Position numbers and translations under genes: made by a program. The notes beneath the pieces were generated by a model that ran no database searches, was not told where the DNA came from, and saw nothing but the letters and a program-made list of their open reading frames with translations. A DNA stretch of 64,000 bases, taken from contig OU015566.1 in NCBI GenBank assembly GCA_907165135.1, positions 3,658,001-3,722,000 of the forward strand, written 5' to 3'. This document shows positions 1 to 12,520 of the stretch, one piece after another; the first letter of the stretch is position 1; each line of letters starts with the position of its first letter. The stretch is from Oikopleura dioica (Eukaryota; Animalia; Chordata).

Positions 1-84
1 CGTAAACTAACTAAAAATAATAAAAAATATCAGACAGGGTCGGTTACTCATTATTCTTCGCTTTGAAAGAAGTCCTCTTGAGAA

Positions 85-2354
85 TGGACGGAAAAAATCC
101 AAATTTGAAAAAACTTTTGGAATTTCAATTTTTATTGCTACCATCGAATTCCCCATATTTGAAAACCTAGAAAAAATTATTTGTTTAGACAGGGGTCTTC
201 TAAATCTTTTCTAACTATCATCTAAAATAGCAAAAATGCCCTTTAGGAAAAGCTTCTTTTGAGAGGGTTGCCGGATTTTTCTTTTGATTTCTTTATAGGA
301 TCATCAAGAGACAAGTCTGAGACAGTCGGCGAACCAAAGAAAATAAGAAAGTTTCAATGTCTTCATGCTTAAAATAGGCATTTAAAAACGTGAAATTCGT
401 CAAAAACAACGAGAAACGTGAAAAAACGCTGCACGGTCAGTAATCGGCATTCTATTGAGCAAAAAAGTCGAACAAGTCAAAGGGAAGATATTTCGATATA
501 AATGCCTATCGAAATATATTTATATATATTAATCTTTCAGATCTCCTCTTTAAATACACACAGATTCGACTATTTCGCTTTTTTCAATCAAATGAATTAT
601 CTAGGCTTCTTCGAAACGCAGCACGACTAATTTTTACGCAAATTATTATTTTTGAATGCTTAAAAATAACCATTTATTTTAAAGATGGTCGAAATCTTCG
701 AGCCTCCAGTCTGATTTTTCTCGTGCTGGTTCAAATAGAGTCACTTATCATGTGCACAAAATTTCATGCGTTTTGAAGTGCAGCGCGACCATTTAAAGTA
801 TAAATTATTAGATAAGCTTTTATCAGCTCTAGAATCTGATTTTTCGAGCCTCCAAGCTAATTCCTCTTAACAAAAGTTCGGTTACTATTAGGTACCCGCA
901 TGCAAAATTTCATACAATTTCAGACGCAGCGCGACCCTTTTGACTGAATTGTATCGAAATTTTATAAAAATAGCCATTTATAAGTAAGTTTTGGCCCTAG
1001 AATCCGATTTTCGAGGGCCTCCAATCTAATTTTTCGAGAGCGAAGTAAACCGAGTGCATTCTATCATATTGCAAAATTTCAATCGATTTGAGGCGCAGCG
1101 CGACCATTTTTTAAATAAATTAAAGAAATAGGCATTTATTATTTAATTTTGGCCTTAGAGTCAAAATTTGAGGGGCCTCCAACCCAATTTCTCTCAAGCG
1201 TGGTAAAATGCGTGTTTTCTATCTGTCTACAAAATTTCAATCGATTTGAGACGCAGCGCGACCAATTTTCTTTGACAACTTACTTTATAGTGGTTATAAT
1301 TATTATTTTTGTAAAAAATGGTCGCGCTGCGCCTCAAATCGATTGAAATTTTGCAATATGATAGAATGCACTCGGTTTACTTCGCTTTCGAAAAATTAGA
1401 TTGGAGGCCCTCGAAAATCGGATTCTAGGGCCAAAACTTACTTATAAATGGCTATTTTTATAAAATTTCGATACAATTCAGTCAAAAAGGGTCGCGCTGC
1501 GTCTGAAATTGTATGAAATTTTGCATGCGGGTACCTAATAGTAACCGAACTTTTGTTAAGAGGAATTAGCTTGGAGGCTCGAAAAATCAGATTCTAGAGC
1601 TGATAAAAGCTTATCTAATAATTTATACTTTAAATGGTCGCGCTGCACTTCAAAACGCATGAAATTTTGTGCACATGATAAGTGACTCTATTTGAACCAG
1701 CACGAGAAAAATCAGACTGGAGGCTCGAAGATTTCGACCATCTTTAAAATAAATGGTTATTTTTAAGCATTCAAAAATAATAATTTGCGTAAAAAATTAG
1801 TCGTGCTGCGTTTCGAAGAAGCCTAGATAATTCATTTGATTGAAAAAACGCGAAATAGTCGAATCTGTGTGTATTTAAAGAGGAGATCTGAAAGATTAAT
1901 ATATATAAATATATTTCGATAGGCATTTATATCGAAATATCTTCCCTTTGACTTGTTCGACTTTTTTTGCTCAATAGAATGCCGATTACTGACCGTGCAG
2001 CGTTTTTACACGTTTCTCGTTGTTTTTGACGAATTTCACGTTTTTAAATGCCTATTTTAAGCATGAAGACATTGAAACTTTCTTATTTTCTTTGGTTCGC
2101 CGACTGTCTCAGACTTGTCTCTTGATGATCCTATAAAGAAATCAAAAGAAAAAATCCGGCAACCCTCTCAAAAGAAGCTTTTCCTAAAGGGCATTTTTGC
2201 TATTTTAGATGATAGTTAGAAAAGATTTAGAAGACCCCCTGTCTAAACAAATAATTTTTTTCTAGGTTTTCAAATATGGGGAATTCGATGGTAGCAATAA
2301 AAAATTGAAATTCCAAAAAAAAAGTTTTTTTCAAATTTGGATTTTTACTGTCCA
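85..2354. repeat. Large inverted repeat (arms ~85-1113 and ~1312-2354, ~200-bp spacer) with internal ~155-170-bp tandem units; foldback-transposon-like
   Basis: Left arm tggacggaaaaaatccaaatttg... is the reverse complement of ...caaatttggatttttactgtcca (2354). The arms match throughout with scattered substitutions. The motif GCAGC(G/A)CGAC recurs near 617, 780, 926, 1095 and 1253 and is mirrored in the right arm. No clear TSD. Confidence 0.85.
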
Positions 2355-2511
2355 ATGCCCACGTGACCACTTTTCTTTTCAAAAATGAAAAGGAAAAAAA
2401 AACCGTCAAGACGGCAGCCTAGGTCAATAAAATTCTTCCCACCGCGCCGCCTACAGATTTTGTCCTTTTCCAGATTTTCAAAAGATAAACAGCTCGTCAT
2501 TGGCAAAAATT

Positions 2512-5500
2512 ATGCAAAATGACGAAAAAGAGAATAAAGAAGAAAATCAACTCGAAGTCATCAACGAAAAATGGAAGAGAAAACTGAAAAATGTCGAGAG
2601 AATTCACGCAAAAGTAACTTTTCGAAAAAAATTTTTTTTCAAGAAAATATTTTAAGGCTCTTCAAAATTCAGTTAAAGTTAATGAAGAAAAATCAAAACA
2701 GATTCAAGTAAGTTAATTATTCATATATAATAAACGATTAAAATGAACCTTGGAAAAAAAATAGAAATTGGCAGAAGAGCGAACAAAGTCGCTTCAGTCT
2801 AAGAAAGGAAGGCGAACAAGGGGACATTATTCAGAATTGGGGATGGCCCCTTGTTCGCGTTCTTTTTTAGTCTGAAGCGACTTTGTTAGCTTTGCTCTGA
2901 ATTCATAAATTTTCAATTATTTTGCTCATTTATTTCATCTTTTTCGAAAATAATTATTCAAAAATCAAATATTGAAAATGACGTTCACCTCAATGAGTGG
3001 TCACGGGTGAACTGACTGTCAGAGTCGATCGCCTCAGAGTCAATGGCCGACGTGACCCGCGGCCGAAGCAGGTGCCGCAGCTCCCTTGCCGGTTATTTTT
3101 GCTTTTTCCTTTACTGTCTGCTTTAGGCCCTTGAGAGACAACTGGCCGAGTGGGAAGAAAAATCGGCCGACAGTTTAGTTTCAAACTGGAAGAACAAAGT
3201 TGCCGAACTCGAGAAACGGGTCGAAGAAGAGCGGAAATACGCGCATGAAGCGGAAGATTTACTGACAGAGGCGCTGCAATCTAAGGAAAGGGGTATAAAG
3301 ATGTTATTTTGCCGGCAGATATGGGACGATTTTTGATTGATAAGCTGATCAGCAATTCAAAAATTCAAGTAGAAAATTGGGTCGTCAATCAAACCGGTTT
3401 GTTGAAATGAGTATCTGAATAAGAATGTAAGTTATTTGTTTATATCGTAAAGTTGACGAGTATTTAATACATTATCTCGTTTATTGCAGAAGCTTTTCGC
3501 CTTTCGGCATCATCAGTGCTACAGGAAGTTAGAAACATACAGAAAACAAAAAAGCAGTTACAATGGTTGATCCTCGATTGGGAAGCGCGCGCCGAGTCCT
3601 CGATTGGGAAGCGGCAGCGCATATAGCGAGCCGATCTCTAGAGAAGTGTGGTGCGGACCGAGTCCTCGATTGGGAAGCGACGTGATAAAGTGCCCTTCCC
3701 AATCGAGGATCAACCATTGTACCTTTAGAGATGCAAAGTTGTATCTGACAAAACCACGAAAACAAACACCGAAATCCCTTCTATTCTAGAGAATTTTTTC
3801 CTTTAAAAACAAAAACAAGCGCAAAGATGTTGACAATTATTTGTTTATTCGCAACCGTTAATCTTTCAATTAGAAAGATGTTTGAATAAACCGGCTCTGA
3901 TGGGTATTTTGACAGATGGTTTTACAGATATTTATTGCAACAGAACAGTATGATTGAGGATTCAATTATCTCCTTATTCCTCTGAAAACCTTGTCAATCA
4001 AGAATATCCCGCACTAGGAATAAAGTAAGTTAATACTGTAATAACTTACTGTTTTAAATACCCCTCAAAGCAAAACGAAAAGCGTTTTTTCGCGGAAGAA
4101 CTCGAAGCAAAAAACTCACAAATCGCCGAATACTCAAAAATTCTCTCGGAAATGTCGGATCTTGAAACGATGAAGGCAGAGCTTGACACGGCCCGGAGCG
4201 AGTTCGCCGAGCGAGAAGCGAATTTCAACCGACAGAAGGAAAAGGCGAAACAGATTATGAAGGCGCAGCAGGTCAAAGTTAAGCAACTACAGTCGGAATT
4301 GGAGAAACTGCAGGCAGAATCTAAGGGGAAGAAAGAAGAGTCAGAAGAAGTAGGAAAATTGAAGGAGGAGAAGGAACAGCTGGTGAAGACGCTAGAAGCA
4401 AGAGAAGGGCAATTGGAGGCTCTTCAGGGAAGATTGTCGGAAATCGAACAAGGTTTAAACTTCTTGAATAGCTTTGAAAATATTTTTGATAATTTTAGCT
4501 AGCATGAATTTCGGTAAGAAACCACTCATCTCGAAGTCACTATCAACCGCATGATATTTCTAGCATTTTTACACAACGAATCATCTAGTCTAGCGAAAGA
4601 GCCCTTGTTCTTCTTCATTGTTTGTTCATAAATGACCTTGTTCGTTGCAAAGGCTGAACAAGTGTTTTTTTTACCATATCTCTTATAGTTTTAGTTTGAA
4701 AGTTTAGTATAGTTGTCAAATTTTCCTGCTTCTTTCAAAATGAAACCCTAACTCTTCTTTCAAGAAAATGAAATCATGGGCGACCGCGACGACAAAATCC
4801 TCCAGCTCCGCGACGAACTAGCTGCCCGAGAAGACCAACTCTTAGCGCTCAAAACACACATGACCGAAGTCCAAAGTAACTCTTCTTCTCTTTCCGAAGA
4901 ACTGGATCAGCTAAAACTCACCTGCTCAGAATTGGAGAAGAAAGTCACAGAAAGAACTGAAGAAAATGAAAATCTAATGCGAACCGTTGAAGAGCTCAAA
5001 AACATGCTAAGAGAGGAAGAATCGACAGCCCGAGAGGTTTTGGCGGAAAAAGGCGAAATCATGATCGCGTTGGCTGAAAAAGACGACGCTCTTTCCGCAG
5101 CGGAAACTCAACTCTCAACGCTCAAAGAAACGATGGTTTTGTTCGACAAGATCAAGCTGGAAAACGCCGAAATGACCGAGACGCTTCGAATTGCAAATGA
5201 AGCGAAGGAATCGACAGAATCAAAGCTCTCTTCTTATGTTGAAAAAATCGAGGGATTGGAAACAGAAAACGCTGAAATCCCCGAACTCAAAAGATTGATT
5301 TCTCAACTACAGTCGAATCTCGCAGAGAAAGAAAACGCAGAAGAAAGCGGAAACGCGAGTAATGAAATGATTTCACAGCTTCAAAATGAAATTCGATCGA
5401 TTGAAAAGAGTAGAAATGCGCTAAAGGAAGAAATCGCTGCTGCGGATTCTGAAATTTCTGATCTGAGAAACCAACTAAAAACCGCTCAAACTGTGCCAAA

Positions 5501-8500
5501 ACAAAAAGGAAAGAACAAAAACGAAGAAAATCTTAAGAAAAAACTCGACCAGTCGAAGAAACTCATCGAAAAACTCCGTGCCGAGCTGAAATCAAACACT
5601 GAAAACGTCGACCGACTCAATTCTGAGCTAAGAGAACAGTCTGAAATCGCCCAAGAAGCTATTCTAGTCAAGGAGAAGCTCGAAGCAACTGAAGAAGAGA
5701 TCAAATCACTCGTTGCAGCTTTCGATCAAGAAAAAGAAATCCTCAGAGAAGAGCTTCTTGGAACTCAGGAAGAATCTGCTTCGAGACTCGCTGAAATCGG
5801 AAAATTGAAAGATCGTCTTTCCGCCAACGAATCGGACGTTGGGCAAGCTCATAAATCGCTGGAAAAAGAACTCAACGAGGCGAAAAAGAAGCTGAAGAAT
5901 CAGGAAAAGCGGGCGAGCTCGCTTGCTGCGGAGTTAAATACGACTGCAGCGCAACTTGAAAAGACGGAAAAGTCGACAAAGACGGCGAAGGAAAATCTCA
6001 AATCTTCAGCAAAAGATCTCCAGTCAACCAAAGAAAGTCTCAAGCAAAAATATGAGGAATCAGAACAGCTGGAGAAAGAGTTGAGCGAAGCTAGGGGTCA
6101 GCTTGAAGCGCTTGAGATCCAGAACAAATTGTCGCTAGACTCGTTACAGAAAGAAATTAGCGAAGAAAGAAGGCTTTTCAGTCAAGAAAAAGAGGAACTC
6201 TTAACTTCTTTATCATCTGCTCAAGCTGAAATCGACGCGCTCAACTCCCAGAACAACGAATCTTCAAACTCACTTTCCGAAGAACTTCTCGCTGCTCAAA
6301 ATCAACTAACCTCACTCACATCCCTTCGAGAAGCCGATCAAGACCGAATTCAAGCGTTAGAACAAAGCTTAAACGATGCCCAAGAAGCCCAAGTCGCCGC
6401 GTCTCAAGATTCAAGCGCTTTGCATGAGCAATTGAAAGATGCTCTGGAGCGATTCGAAGCGGAGAAATCAAAGTTCAATTCGGCTTCTGGCGAAAATACT
6501 CAGCTCAAGTTGGAATTGAGCGAAACATCAGCTCAACTTCAGGCTTCACTGGACGAAAAAACAAGCATTTACAGTCAGCTACAGGAGACACAAAGCATTC
6601 TGGAGAAGTCGCAAGAAGAATTGAACGTCCTGGAGACGGAAAAGATCAATTTCTTGGAAGAAATCAATCATTTGCGCGAGCAAAACGAGGAATTGACAGT
6701 TTCGTCAAAAGAATCAGGATCCAAAAAGACTGAAGAAATCGACTCGCTCACCAAAAAGCTCGAAAACATGAAGCTCAAGGGCAAGAAACTTTTCGCCGAA
6801 AAGAAGATCCTCGACGAAAACCTCAAAAAAGCCGAAGCAAAGCTCAGTGAATCCGAATCTGCTGCTCAAGCCGCCCATGAATTGATAGATCAGCTGAAAG
6901 AATCGAGCTCGGCGCTTATGGGCGAGAAGGAATTGCTGAGCGCGGAGAATGAACAACTCAAGTGCGAGATCCAAGCGCAGAGCGGAAAATTGAGCGAAAT
7001 GGCCGAACTAGAAGGGAAACTCCAGCTCTCATCAAGCGAATGTTCTTCTCTTACCGAGCAACTTTCCTTGACAGCGGAGAAACTGACTGTCGCGCAAGAT
7101 CTTGTCAAATCTTCTGAAACCGAGATCATCGAACTCAATCTAAAATGCAAGGATTTGGAAAACATCACGATTCCTCTTCGAGAAGCGCTTGAATCGACTG
7201 AAAAGAAAAACGAGTCGCTAGAAGAAAAACTGATCAATCTCGAGTCCAGTTCGAAGAACATCGTGGAAGAGCGAGATCAGCTTACGGAGCGATCAGCGGC
7301 GCTCGAATGCTCGCTTCAGAAAATGCAATCGGCTGTCTTGGCGGATAAACAGAAGCTGGCGAAGCTTCAGAAAAAGTTGAAATCTCTAGAATCATCAGGA
7401 AAGAGGGTTGAGCTTTGTAATTGTTTCTCAAATGATGAACCTAGGCTTGGACGTATTTTTAGCAAGAAAAATTCATACTTTCAAAAATTCGAACCCCGAA
7501 AAAGGCGAAAACGGATCGCAGGAAGTCAAGAAACTCGCCGAGGCAAATGAAGAACTGAAATCGAAGCTAGATGCACTAGAAAATGTCGAAAAAGAGTACG
7601 AAAACCAGGCTCACAAGGCAAAAGAACTCGCGGATAAACTGAGCGAGGCGGAAAAGCAGGGATCTGAAGCGCAAGCGAAGATTCAAGCGCTTGAAAATGA
7701 CCTAAGGTTAGTCTTTTTCTGAGTAAGGCAGCTTTTAACCGTCTTTTATTTTCAGCCTTATGAACGAAGCAGTCTCCCTCCAACGCGACGAAATCCGCCG
7801 CAACTCCGTTGTCACCGAAGAGCAACTGGCCCAACTCAAGCTGGTCGGAAAAAGCAAAGAGCTTGAGAACGAGGTCGTAACCCTCACCGAAGCCAATAAA
7901 AAGCTTCAAGAACAAATCGCCCTTCTTGAGAGCCAGAAAGACAACCGCACAGAAACGCAGTCCATAGCGAGCATGTCGATCGCGTCAGAAAAATCGAACC
8001 TGGCGGATCTTGAAAATGACGAATTGAAAGCAAAATTGACGAAAATGCAGAGCGACAAGGAAACTTACACGAGAAAATTGAAAGCCGCCCTCTTGAGCCG
8101 CAAAGAACTGATTGCTTCCGAAAAGATTCTCAAAGCTCAAAACGAAGATTTGAGAAAAGATCTTGATGAAAAACGCGAAATCCTCGGTCAGAAAGAAAAG
8201 ATCGAACAAGAACATCTGGACAAGATCGAAATTCTCAACAAAAACATCGAAAATTTGACAAAAGCGAACGCCGATTCTAGCGCAAATGCTTCAAGATCAA
8301 ATGACAGCTTGCTGGATCAACTGAAAGCGATGAAACAACAACTGACAGAAAGAGAAATTGATGTTCAAACCATCCAAAGAGCACTGGAGCAACAAGAAGC
8401 TGATAATGTAAGGATTCAAGGGGAAGTTAACGGCTTACAGTCGGAGAACGATACGCTAGGAATGAGTCAAAATGTGTTATTTTTTGATATGAACCCTCTG

Positions 8501-11500
8501 GTCTCTGAAACATGTGTAGAATCTGAGTCCTGCTCCTCAAAGAAACCTGGCTCAAGCCAGTATTGGAGTTCAATACAGGTATAAATTATACCGTATAATT
8601 GATGATATATTTTTGACTTATGAAAAGACACTTGCCAAAAAGACCTGACAGAGATGGTTAAAAAGCTGGAAGACCAAAAAATGTCCTTGGAAACAGCACT
8701 CGCTGAAAAATCCGAGCTTCTTTCAAATCTTGAAAATCGAGCAGACACTGGCACGGAACAGCTGCTAGCGATTCAGGAAGAAGCTGATGAATTAAGAACC
8801 AAGGCGAATATGACGGAGGAATTGCAGGCTTTGAATTACGATCTGAAGAAAGCTGCCGAAAAAGCTGAAGCCGAGCTTTTAGGTAACTAAAACTAACTAA
8901 CATTTTCCAACCGATTTAAAGTCGCGAATGCGGAATTAAAAGAAGCTCAAAACGCCAAGAATCTCTTCGAAGAAGAGCTCAAACATGCTACAGATCTATC
9001 CTCATCCCTTGGCCAAGAAAAACAATCCCTACAAGAAGAAGTTGCCGTCCTTCATGCCCGAACAAAGGAGCTTCAAGAAAGCTTGATCAATGCAGGAAAA
9101 GCGCTTGACGATTCGATCCAAGAAAAAGACGAGCTTGAGCGCAACTTTCACGCTCAACTTCGGGAAGGCGAAATGAAGCTGGAGAAGGAGCGACAGCAGT
9201 TCGAAAATGAAATGTCGAACACGAGGCAACAGACAGAATTGCTTCAGCAAAGCTCTGAAGCTGCTCTTTTTAAGGTACATTTGATGCTCTTTTTAATTTT
9301 TTTATCTTTTTTTTCTAGCTTCAAGGAGAGAGACAACAAATCAGTTCCGTCCGTGATCAACTTGTTGAGCAAAAAGGACTGGTAGAAAAATACAAGAATG
9401 AAATTCAAAGCTGGAAGACGAAGTTTGAAGATCAATTTGGCGACAAAACTAGTTTGGAGAAGAAAATCGTAGAGTTGAATCAGAAGATTCAGACTTTGGA
9501 AGAAGATATCGACCAGATTGGAATTGACCGGGATATGTGGAAGAATAAGAGCAAGGAGTTGAATCAAGTTCATGCTGATAAGGTGCGAAAGACAATTGAT
9601 AATGGATTCATTGACTCCTTATTTTAGCTCGCGCTCCAACAAGAGCTCTCCGGAATGATGAACCGTCTGCGCGACGCATCCGGCCTAGCCGAGCAAAAAG
9701 AATCCGAAGTCGAAAAGCTGAAACGTGAGAAAAGACATCTTATTTGGACAGTGATCTATCTCCGGTCATTTTTAGTTAAATACGGTGAGTTGCGCCAGGC
9801 ACTCGATATGGCCGAGAAGGAGCGCCAGTTCGATCTCAAAGAACGGGAAGCGCTGGTTTATAGGGCGGAAGCTCTCCAGCGCGAATTTGATCATACGAAT
9901 AAGTTGCTGCAGGTAAGAAGCGGTGATCATTGGTGAGTTCTTTCATGTTATACAATCAATTATAACAATGAGAATCGGATCAGAAGCCCTTCTCTTTTAT
10001 AATCCTTAATTCCGGTGATTCATAAATTTCCATTTTCTCCCATTCAAAAAAGGACGGGGCTCGCTACCCCCGCCCAAAGAATCTAACTCATGAAATGACT
10101 AGAACGAAAAGTCGAGCAAAGTAAGCGTCGAGGACGAGCTCGCCAGGCTCCGAAAATCGGCGCAGACCGACTTGGACAAGGCTCAAGAGACCAACGCTCT
10201 GAAAGTCAAAGAACTACAGTTAGAAATCGAAAATCTGCAGCAACTGAAACCTGAACAGCTCAAGGCATCGCTCGAAAGAGCGGAGCGGGAATTGGAATCA
10301 ACCAGAACTTCTTCTGAGGTAACTTTCCAATACTTATTCTCCAAAGCTTAAAATTTCTTTCAGGAAATTGTCGAAAAACTCCGCTCAGAAATCGCCTCTT
10401 ACAAATCATCAAACTCCACTCAAATCGAGTCCCTCACCTCCCAACTTGAAGAAGTCTCCACTCAACTCTCTGCCTCCGCCGCTCAAAAATCCGTGCTCGA
10501 ATCCGAGCTTGCCGAAAAAAGTGCCGAGTTCCGCTCAAAACTCGAGCGATATCAAGAAGCAATGGTTGAGCTCGAGCGATCCCTCCGCGAGCGAGAAGCT
10601 TCAAACAGCTCAAACTCGGCCGAATTGAGCGAAACAAAGACGAAACTCGAGCGCAGCGAAAGAGAACTTTCCGAAGCTCGTTCTCAACTCGACGAACTTC
10701 GCAGCTCAATTCTCGAATCTCGCCGCGCTTCCGCTTCTGAACTCGACAAAATCCAGACCGAACTTGTGAATGAAAACAAAAACTATAGAGCTCAACTTTC
10801 AGCAGCTCAATCTGAGCTTTCATCCGCTCAGAGTGAGATTGAGCGATTGAATGCTAATCTATCACGAGTTCGAGAACAACTTGATCGTCAAAGCACTGAA
10901 TCTGCTAGCAGAGAGGATGCGCAAATGGCATCGAGCTCACAATTGAAGGATCAGATGACAAAGATGCAGGTAAGAAAGAAAACTCAAGAATTCTGATCCC
11001 AATTCAACTATTTTCTAGGAACGATTGAACATGGTCGAACTCGAGAAAAACTCAGCTGCTTCGGAACTCACTTCCATTCGCTCAAACCACGACGAGCTTG
11101 AACGAGAGCTAAACAAGCTCAATTCTAGCAATCGAACTCTCACTCTCGAGCGAGAACAACTCTCAAGCGAATTGGCAGAAAGCAAGCGAGAGCGGGAAAA
11201 GCTCGAGGAAAAGTACAACGAGCTCATGATCAAAAAAGAAGAACCAGAAGTTGATACGTCGAAAATTGTCGACGAAGATGGTGATCCAGCGATGGTGAAG
11301 GCGATGAAGAATGAATTGGCGGTGCTCAGGGAGAAGAACAGGATTTTGGAGCAGAAATATAAACTCAACAGGAGAATTTCTCCAAGAGTTCAAATCAAGG
11401 TAAGCCATAACTTAAAAGATTCCATTAGATAACAAATCAAGGCTGGCAAAACGATCGAGCCCCCAGAAATGGCGCCAGAATCTACCTACACTTCCAGCTT

Positions 11501-12133
11501 CGTCCAAGATTCCGAAACGAACCAACCAAGCTCTAGCGCTCAGCTAAGCGTTCTTCGCCACGAGCTGCGCCAGCGAGAAGAGCTCATTTCCCGCCTTGTA
11601 GACGACATCAGCAATATGAAGTCGACGCTGAAAAACAAAGACGACGAAATGTCGACAAAATTTAAGAAGTTCGCTGAGCGCGCGGAAGAGTATTCGGCGA
11701 ATTTGGTGATGGTGGCGCAGCTTCAAAAGTCGGAAAGGAAGTTGAAGAAAGATCTGAAGAAGGCGGAGAAGAGGGCGCTGGGAACATATGACGGCGATGA
11801 TGAATTGAAGGTGATTTTCTTTATCAATTTACTTTCAGAATAAGCGCAAGTTTGTAACTTGAGTATAATCTCTATATTCAGGAAATGCTGAAGCAAAAAA
11901 TCGACGAAATCAGCGCCCTGAAGTCTTCTCATCAAGAAGAGATCAAAAAGCTTAAATATCGCCGGAAATCCCGCCGTTCTCGTCGCTCTAAAGAACCTTC
12001 TGAACACCCAAACTCCACGCTTTCTTCTGAAATCAACGAAAATGCCAATCTTCTCCCTTCGCCAAAAATCGATGCTAAAGAAACAGCGGCGGAGGAAAAT
12101 CCAGACGATTATGTGACTTGTTCAATGATGTAA
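2512..12133 (+). CDS. Very large multi-exon coiled-coil protein, giantin/GOLGB1-like golgin; ends in a CaaX motif (CSMM*). Start and exon limits approximate
   Basis: Chain of E/K/L/Q-rich heptad ORFs (4152-4502, 4776-7550, 7760-8584, 8654-8890, 9083-9385, 10493-10996, 11025-11432, 11469-11843, 11885-12133) separated by short introns. RKLKAALLSRKEL resembles the giantin motif RKLQAALISRKE. Stop after DYVTCSMM at 12131-12133. Confidence 0.6.
3561..3719. mobile_element. 159-bp MITE, Tc1/mariner type (TA TSD, 25-bp TIRs), intronic
   Basis: TA|CAATGGTTGATCCTCGATTGGGAAG ... CTTCCCAATCGAGGATCAACCATTG|TA. Two further internal direct copies of CCTCGATTGGGAAG. Confidence 0.85.
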
Positions 12134-12520
12134 AAAATAGCTAAAAAATGAATGTTTTCTGTATAAACCCCTTTTCTGTATCATTCTTCAAAGATTTACC
12201 TATCGACCATTGTGGTAGTAGTGCAATAAAGTTCAAAAATATCATCATAAAAAAGAAATGCGAATTAATTTATCAAAAGTATTCCGCATCAGGCAAAATT
12301 TGTGAGCAGGTGATCAAATTAATGTAAAATTGGCAGTTTTTTGAGTCCTGTATTGCTTCTATAGCTCTTAAAATTCCAAGAAGCACTTTCTTTAGACGAT
12401 TGTTAAGAAGATTATGACGACTTTTAATTACACTTCATTTTTTCGTACTTTTAGTATGTGTTTTTATGATCAGCTCAGAGTAGCCAAATTTACGAAATCT
12501 CAGATGAGAGAAACCAAGAG

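Noticed and set aside
600-1830. Regularly spaced ~30-bp conserved motif resembling a CRISPR array
   Set aside because: The intervening sequences are homologous to each other (tandem units, not unique spacers), the period is ~160 bp, and the context is eukaryotic with no cas genes.
5287-11726. Many minus-strand ORFs over the golgin gene, and plus-strand ORFs over ABCA and the retroelement
   Set aside because: Antisense shadows of long coding frames; F/S/L-rich and without motifs.
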